Assembly: GCA_913020725.1 (NCBI GenBank)
Contig: CAJWCD010000019.1
Location: forward strand, 1 to 33,245
DNA: 33,245 nt
Reading direction: 5' to 3'
Source of the DNA: an uncultured Pseudomonadota bacterium
GTDB lineage: Bacteria; SAR324; NAC60-12
Part shown: in pieces, positions 27,524 through 33,245 of the stretch
Layout: every line of letters begins with the position of its first letter
How positions within the stretch are numbered: position 1 is the first letter of the stretch
Program-made: the position numbers and the translations under genes
Notes under the pieces: generated by a model
Database searches by the model: none
The model's input: only the letters and a program-made list of their open reading frames with translations
What the model was told of the DNA's origin: nothing

Positions 27524-28999
27524 ATGGAACACTACGACCTTTGTGTGATCGGCGGCGGGCCTGCGGGTTACGCAGCTGCAATGCGGGCGGTGGATTTTGG
27601 CCGCTCGGTGTTGTTGTTGGAATCCAACCGCATCGGCGGCGCGGGCCTTTACAACGGTGCGTTGTCCTCCAAAACTTTCTGGGAACTCTCGAAAGAAATT
27701 GCGCAAATCCGTACACGGTTTGCGGCGTATCACGAGGTGCTTCCGGAAGTCCGCTTCGGCAGTGTGCTGAAGGAAACCGACGAAGCCGTGTTCGAGCGTT
27801 CCGCGCAAATGGAGGAACACCTCCGGTTGGTTGAGGTCGAACAGAAAGAGCGTTTTAAGTTTGTGCGCGGTTCCGGATGCTTGGCCAGTCCCACGGAAAT
27901 TGAGGTGCGCGGCGATTTCGACCCTTTCACCATGCAGGCGGACCACACGATCATCGCTACAGGCAGCCGCCCCCGCAAGCTGCCCAATGTGCCCATTGAC
28001 GAACACATCATCCTCACCAGCGATGGCATCGGCTCACTGCGTGATTTTCCGGAATCGTTGGTCATTGTTGGAGCCGGGGTGATCGGTTGCGAATTCGCGA
28101 CGATCTTCTCCAACTTCGGCAAAACCCGCGTGCATCTCATCGCCAAGGACGACCATATTCTCCCCTTTGAGGACGCAGAGCTTTCCGCAGTGATTGAGCA
28201 GAACATGATCACCAAGGGTGTCGTCATCCACCGCAACGCCCGCCTTGCAGAAATGGACATTGTGGCGGGGCGGGTGGCATACAAGCTTTCCCACGCGGAC
28301 GGCACCACCGAGGAGTTCGAGGCTGAGAAAGCGCTGATCTCGATTGGGCGGGTGCCGAACATCGAGAACACGGGTATCCGGGAACTCGGAGTGGCTCTGG
28401 ATCGCGGCGGGGCGATTGATGACCAGCAAACGCAGACGAGCATTCCCAACATCTACGCCGTGGGCGACATCACCGCCGACATCGCACTCGTCAACGTCGG
28501 AGAGTTGGAAGGACGTTATGCCGTCGAGCGCATCTTTGGGCAACCGGATCATCCGCTTATCTACGAAAACATCTCCACGATCATGTTCCTCGATCCGGAG
28601 GTCGCCGGAGTGGGCATGAACGAGCAGCAGGCCCAAAAAACCGGAATCGCCTACCGCTCGGCGAGCTTCGATTTCCGCTGTGTGCCCCGCGCCATTGCCA
28701 TGCGCAAGACGCAGGGTTTCTTCAAGATTCTGGTCAGCGACGATGAGGAAATGCGCATCCTCGGAATGCGGGCCTTGGGAGAACACGCCTCCACTGCAAT
28801 TCAGGCGGTGTCCCTGTTGATCTCCATGAAGCGCGGGATTCGGGAACTCGCAGAACTGATTCATCCCCATCCCTCCATCATCGAGGGTATTCAAGAGTGC
28901 GCCCGGATGCTCTTGGGCACATCCATCTACAAACCCCACCTCTTTCCGAAATACCTGCGCACGCGACACTGGCGGGATGGGAAAGACAACTCATCTTGA
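27524..28999 (+). CDS. Pyridine nucleotide-disulfide oxidoreductase family flavoprotein (Lpd/SthA-like) lacking the redox cysteines
   Basis: VIGGGPAG, ATGSRP, VGAGVIGCEFA, IYAVGD, HPSIIE; GGAGLYNGALSSK replaces GGxCxxxGCxPSK. Confidence 0.88.
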   Translation: MEHYDLCVIGGGPAGYAAAMRAVDFGRSVLLLESNRIGGAGLYNGALSSKTFWELSKEIAQIRTRFAAYHEVLPEVRFGSVLKETDEAVFERSAQMEEHLRLVEVEQKERFKFVRGSGCLASPTEIEVRGDFDPFTMQADHTIIATGSRPRKLPNVPIDEHIILTSDGIGSLRDFPESLVIVGAGVIGCEFATIFSNFGKTRVHLIAKDDHILPFEDAELSAVIEQNMITKGVVIHRNARLAEMDIVAGRVAYKLSHADGTTEEFEAEKALISIGRVPNIENTGIRELGVALDRGGAIDDQQTQTSIPNIYAVGDITADIALVNVGELEGRYAVERIFGQPDHPLIYENISTIMFLDPEVAGVGMNEQQAQKTGIAYRSASFDFRCVPRAIAMRKTQGFFKILVSDDEEMRILGMRALGEHASTAIQAVSLLISMKRGIRELAELIHPHPSIIEGIQECARMLLGTSIYKPHLFPKYLRTRHWRDGKDNSS

Positions 29000-29073
29000 A
29001 AAATCTCATCTCATCACTGAACGCAGTTCACCCAAGCAGACCGACACCGGACTGAGACGTTTTTGAAAGTGAG

Positions 29074-30666
29074 TCAATCTCCCGCCACGGCCATGCTCAG
29101 GGACTGGCGGGCGGTGCGTAGGACGTGCTTGCCCTTGAAGGGCGAGTGCAGGAAGCGGTTTATCGCAGTCAACAGCATTGGCACCCACGGAGCGTCCGGA
29201 AAGGTCTGGAATTCCTCGGCTACGGCGGTGAGGGTTTTCACGAAATGACAGGCGACAATGTACTCGGACTGCCCGTGATCGAAGAGGTGGACGAACTCTT
29301 GCTGAAAAAAGGCAGCTGGGTTTTCGACCCGCCACTCTGAGAGGTCGAGTTCCGGATCAACATAGCGGGTGTGCCTTCCCAAGAAGCAGGCCAGTTGCAG
29401 TAGCCCCTGTGGCCAGAGGTCGGGATACTTCGAGCATTGCGCCCGCACGGCGTTGGCAAAGGTCAGCCCGTGGGTGAAGCCGAGCCAACTGTGGTTGTGG
29501 GAAACCGAGCGGTCGGTGTGGTTCTGGATAGCGAGGTCGAAATGCGCCATGTTCCACGCCAAGGCACCGAGCAGGGCATGGAAGGCGGCTTCCGGATCGG
29601 CGGAAGATGGCCGCACCCGCTCCAGTGCCTGCTTGACCGAAAGCCCCGTCAAATCTTCTGAGGTAATGGCTTGCGATCCTTGGCCGTCCCACGTCTCCAA
29701 GGTGGGGCGGTAGTTGCGAAATTCCGGAATCAAATCTTCCCGTGAAGCGTAGGTGAGGGAGCGAATCAGCGACAGCAGCAGCGGTTCCAGCACGTCGTCG
29801 CCCAGCCACTCCAGCAGTTGCCCCACCTTGCGGACGTAAATCAGGGAATGCCCGAAATCCTGATAATGCGACAGCGCGGCACGAGTCAGGGTTTCTTCAA
29901 AATCAGGAAACCGCAGCTCTTGCTGCAAACCTCCCCGAATGAGGGCGATTGCTGTGTCCTCGTCTTCGTTTTCAAGGGCTTGTGCCAAGGCTTCCGGAGC
30001 AAACGGAAGGGTGTGATTGGCATAGGGATAGGTCGGCTCCCGCTGCGTGTCCCACGCCATGTGCGCGACGGGTTCGACGAGTCCAACGAGTTCCAGCCCG
30101 GCATCGCCCTTGGCGTGGTGCTGGCGCAGTTCCAGCCAGTCCGGAGCCACTGCGTAGGCGTGCGTCATCCCAAATTCCATGTGGTCGTGCGTCCACCAAA
30201 CCGCCTGCCGCAACGCCTCCAACGGATCGCCCCCGGCCTGCTGCAAGCGGGCGATTTCTCGTGCCATGCGGTCGTACTCATGGCGGGGAAAGCTTTCCTG
30301 CAAATTTGTGAGCGCCTTTTCGATCAACACTTCCGGAGGTGGGTCGGACAAATCCAGCACGAGATCGTTGCCGTCCACCTTGACGGGATAGCGTCGCAAG
30401 GTGTCGCCGCCCACCAGCGTTGCGCCGGAGTCGAGGTCGAACTTCCAGTTGTGCCAGTTGCATGTCAGGATGCACTCATCGTCCAGACTGCCCTCCACCA
30501 GCGGATACCCCTCGTGTGGACAGCAGTTGGCACAGGCGTACACCGTTCCCCGGCGATTGAGGAACAACGCAATCTGTTTGCCTCCGAACTTGACGACCAT
30601 GCGTCGTTTCTCTTGGAGGTCGCTCCAGCCCCCGGCGAGTCGGTGGGTGATTGTCGAGTCAGTCAT
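29074..30666 (-). CDS. Rieske [2Fe-2S] domain fused to a long His-motif helical domain
   Basis: CPH...CNWH Rieske ligands; ATG 30666 overlaps the regulator stop (ATGACTGA). Confidence 0.85.
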   Translation of the reverse strand: MTDSTITHRLAGGWSDLQEKRRMVVKFGGKQIALFLNRRGTVYACANCCPHEGYPLVEGSLDDECILTCNWHNWKFDLDSGATLVGGDTLRRYPVKVDGNDLVLDLSDPPPEVLIEKALTNLQESFPRHEYDRMAREIARLQQAGGDPLEALRQAVWWTHDHMEFGMTHAYAVAPDWLELRQHHAKGDAGLELVGLVEPVAHMAWDTQREPTYPYANHTLPFAPEALAQALENEDEDTAIALIRGGLQQELRFPDFEETLTRAALSHYQDFGHSLIYVRKVGQLLEWLGDDVLEPLLLSLIRSLTYASREDLIPEFRNYRPTLETWDGQGSQAITSEDLTGLSVKQALERVRPSSADPEAAFHALLGALAWNMAHFDLAIQNHTDRSVSHNHSWLGFTHGLTFANAVRAQCSKYPDLWPQGLLQLACFLGRHTRYVDPELDLSEWRVENPAAFFQQEFVHLFDHGQSEYIVACHFVKTLTAVAEEFQTFPDAPWVPMLLTAINRFLHSPFKGKHVLRTARQSLSMAVAGD

Positions 30667-31111
30667 CGTTTTCACGGAGTTGGATCAGTTCAACCTCAGC
30701 CGGACTCACTTCCCGACGCTCGTCCAGCAGCAGCGGGCGCATCCCAACGGCTTGCCCACTGTCCGCATGACGGATCTCCACCAAGGGACCGTCTGGGTCC
30801 GGGCACCACTGCTCGCCCCATTCCGAAAACATCACCAGCACTCCCAGCAAATCCCGGCACTTTTGCGTCGGGCAGTACTCGTAACGCCGGGATCCCTCCA
30901 TTTTTTCCTTGGTGAGCAAGCCCTCGTCCACCAGATGCCGCAAGCGCTGCGTGAGCAGGTTGCGGGAAAGGCAGAGGCTCTTTTGAAACCCCTCAAACCG
31001 CCGGACTCCCATGAGGGCATCGCGCACAATCATCAGAGTCCACTGATCCCCCAACACGCTCAGCGAGCGGGCGATTGGACAAGGGATTTGTTCGTAACTG
31101 CGCGTCGTCAT
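30659..31111 (-). CDS. HxlR-family winged-helix transcriptional regulator
   Basis: CPIARSLSVLGDQWTLMIVRD..G.RRF, LL.QRL..LV..G, YEY..T.K. Confidence 0.92.
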   Translation of the reverse strand: MTTRSYEQIPCPIARSLSVLGDQWTLMIVRDALMGVRRFEGFQKSLCLSRNLLTQRLRHLVDEGLLTKEKMEGSRRYEYCPTQKCRDLLGVLVMFSEWGEQWCPDPDGPLVEIRHADSGQAVGMRPLLLDERREVSPAEVELIQLRENDD

Positions 31112-31126
31112 GTGCTTGGCGAATTT

Positions 31127-31177
31127 TTTAGTTCACTTTTTGAACTATATCAAATAAAGTACACAAAGTGAACTAAA
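31127..31177. promoter_or_regulatory. Tandem palindromic operator boxes, probably bound by the HxlR regulator
   Basis: TAGTTCA-N5-TGAACTA (31129-31147) and AAGTACA-N5-TGAACTA (31157-31175); the whole block is bounded by a perfect 13-bp inverted repeat. Confidence 0.75.
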
Positions 31178-31234
31178 TTGGACAGCGCGACAGCCGCTGT
31201 TCACTTGATCCTAACCTCAACTCAGGGGAACACA

Positions 31235-31597
31235 ATGGCAAAGATACTGGTGCATGTCACCCACGGGCCGGAAGCCCCCACACGGGCGGCGCTCGCCTTT
31301 CTTGTGGCCAAAAGCGCGATTGACGAAGGGCACACCGTCTCACTCTTCCTCGCGGGAGATGCCGTGCAACTGCTCCGCGATGCGGTGCTGGACAATCTTG
31401 CGGGCTTGGGCACCGGAGAATTGCGGTCCCACTTTGACGCGATTGTTTCCGGCGGGGGACGTTTCTACCTGTCCGGCATGTCGAGCAAGGGGCGTGGCGT
31501 CACGGACGAGGACTTGCGCGACAAGCCTGCCGAGTTCGCCCTGCCCAACGTGCTGGTGCGGCTCTCGCTGGACCACGACCGCATGTTCACCTATTGA
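31235..31597 (+). CDS. DsrE family protein
   Basis: ILVHVTHGPE.PTRAALAF.VA..A...GH.VSLFLAGDAV; AGGGG RBS before ATG 31235. Confidence 0.85.
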   Translation: MAKILVHVTHGPEAPTRAALAFLVAKSAIDEGHTVSLFLAGDAVQLLRDAVLDNLAGLGTGELRSHFDAIVSGGGRFYLSGMSSKGRGVTDEDLRDKPAEFALPNVLVRLSLDHDRMFTY

Positions 31598-31627
31598 TCA
31601 ATCAACCCCGCAACAAAGGAAATCAGC

Positions 31628-31750
31628 ATGGAACCGAATCTCCCCACCGAACTGTACTGGATGACGCTGACCGTTGCAATGACGGCGATTTTTTATGCAC
31701 CGTACATCGTGTGCAACCGTGAAAACGCCAGTGCGTGTAATTCCTACTAA
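31628..31750 (+). pseudogene. N-terminal remnant of a MAPEG-family membrane protein
   Basis: AAAGGA RBS then MEPNLPTELYWMTLTVAMTAIFYAPYI, ending after 40 codons in unrelated sequence. Confidence 0.6.
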
Positions 31751-31780
31751 TGATTAATTGAGTTCAATCCGCAGGGGTAA

Positions 31781-33004
31781 ATGTCACAAAAATACCGATT
31801 TCTGCTCGTTCTGGGCTGCGGCTCCCTGATGATCTTCCTGAGCATGGGGATGCGTCAGGGGATGGGGCTGTTTCTCGAACCCATCACCTCCGCGCTGGGG
31901 GTGGATCGCGAAACCTTCAGCCTCGCAATCGCGTGGCAGAACCTGATCCTTGCGTTGCCGCTTTTCGGGGTAATAGCAGACTTGATTGGTTTCCGGAGGG
32001 TCGCCTTGTTGGGAGGCGTGGTCTATGGAGGGGGATTATGGCTGGCCTCCCAAAGCTCATCCGCTTGGGGACTCTACGCGAACCTCGGAGGGGTCGTGGG
32101 GGTCGGGATCGGACTCTCCGGCATGATCGTGGTTATGGGCGCGGTGGGTCAGGTGGCTCCACCGGAGCGTCGTAGCACGGCCTTTGGGATAGTGACGGTG
32201 GCCTTCTCAATCGGTATGTTCACCATGATCCCGCTGCTCCAGTTCTGGATTGAAAAACATGGGTGGAGTGGCGCGTTAGAGGCGGCAGGTGGGGTGGTGC
32301 TGGCGATCTCCCTGCTGGCCCTCGGCCTTCCGGACAAGTCTTCGTCTGCGGAGAAAACCTCCGGCTCGGTGCCCGAACTTGAACTGAGCTTGGGGAGAAC
32401 GCTCAACGGGGCCAGAACCCACTCCGGCTACCTGTTGCTCAATCTCGGGTTTTTCGTCTGCGGGTTTCATGTCGCCTTCATCGGCACGCATCTGCCAGCT
32501 TTTTTGCAGGGAGAGGGCGTTTCAGCCAGTGCCGCTTCATGGGCATTGGCGATGATTGGTCTTTTCAATATCTTTGGCTCCCTCGTCTTTGGCCGTTTGG
32601 GGGATTCGCTGAGCAAGAAATCACTGCTCAGCGTGCTCTACACTCTGCGGGTGGTAGTGATTACCGTGTTTCTTGCGATCCCTCTCAGTGACTTCACCGC
32701 CGTTGTCTTTGGCGCGGCCATCGGCTTCCTTTGGCTGGCGACCGTCCCCCTCACCAGCGGGATTGTCGCGCAAATCTTCGGAACACGTTACCTCACCACA
32801 CTCTGGGCGATTGTCTTCTTCAGCCACCAGCTTGGCGCCTTTTTGGGAGTCTGGTTGGGCGGGCGCGTCTACGACTCCACCGGCTCCTACACCACCGTCT
32901 GGCTGGCTGCCATCGTGCTCGGCCTGTTTGCTGGGATCGTACACCTGCCCATCCGGGAACAGCCGTGGCAACCCTCTCTTCCAGACCCACAGCCTGCCAT
33001 GTGA
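31781..33004 (+). CDS. Major facilitator superfamily transporter
   Basis: About 12 TM helices; GMRQ..GLF, GFFVCGFHVAFI.THLP, WLATVPLTSG, SHQLGAFLG.WLGG..YD. Confidence 0.93.
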   Translation: MSQKYRFLLVLGCGSLMIFLSMGMRQGMGLFLEPITSALGVDRETFSLAIAWQNLILALPLFGVIADLIGFRRVALLGGVVYGGGLWLASQSSSAWGLYANLGGVVGVGIGLSGMIVVMGAVGQVAPPERRSTAFGIVTVAFSIGMFTMIPLLQFWIEKHGWSGALEAAGGVVLAISLLALGLPDKSSSAEKTSGSVPELELSLGRTLNGARTHSGYLLLNLGFFVCGFHVAFIGTHLPAFLQGEGVSASAASWALAMIGLFNIFGSLVFGRLGDSLSKKSLLSVLYTLRVVVITVFLAIPLSDFTAVVFGAAIGFLWLATVPLTSGIVAQIFGTRYLTTLWAIVFFSHQLGAFLGVWLGGRVYDSTGSYTTVWLAAIVLGLFAGIVHLPIREQPWQPSLPDPQPAM

Positions 33005-33041
33005 GAGTGAGGAAAAGATCAATCACCATTTGAAGGATAAG

Positions 33042-33206
33042 ATGAAAAAGATTTCAAGAGGCACTTTGGATTTAATTGGGGACACTCCAATCCTCAAGCT
33101 CCAAAAAGTGGTCCCAGCGAATGCGGCAGAGGTTTGGCTTAAATTTGAAGCGGGAAACCCGACCGGCTCTTACAAACTGATGTTACGCAAAGGGATATCA
33201 GACTAA
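33042..33206 (+). pseudogene. Truncated cysteine synthase / PLP beta-family gene (N-terminal 45 codons)
   Basis: LIGDTPI.KL...VWLKFEAGNPTGSYK; the expected DR after the PLP lysine is replaced by unrelated LMLRKGISD*. Confidence 0.8.
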
Positions 33207-33245
33207 ACTAAAGCCAGCCGATTTTGAGTTCCACTCATTTTTTCA

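Overview
A bacterial chromosomal window that is mostly GC-rich and gene-dense. The gene style suggests a marine deltaproteobacterium-like organism such as SAR324, which is an inference only. Housekeeping and metabolic genes are coxG, rsmA, lon (with a CIRCE operator over its promoter), an XdhC/CoxI-family gene, a PLP aminotransferase, folP-tgt-SRAP, hldD-rfaE2, tyrS, recR, an acetolactate synthase and a flavoprotein disulfide-reductase homologue. Accessory parts are a 7-repeat beta-propeller lipoprotein, a VapC-type toxin-antitoxin pair, a LolA-like/outer-membrane/MMPL-cNMP operon, and an HxlR-Rieske-DsrE-MFS module. Five gene remnants, GTAG-type REPs and a possible Correia-like MITE lie between genes. 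The strongest unexplained signal is that bases 1-1418 contain no GpC dinucleotide at all, in coding or non-coding DNA, so the 437-aa propeller protein has no alanine, while the rest of the window is rich in GpC. The second is an apparent trans-envelope lipid transport operon whose MMPL pump is fused to cyclic-nucleotide-binding domains. All family calls come from motif recognition by eye; no searches were run.
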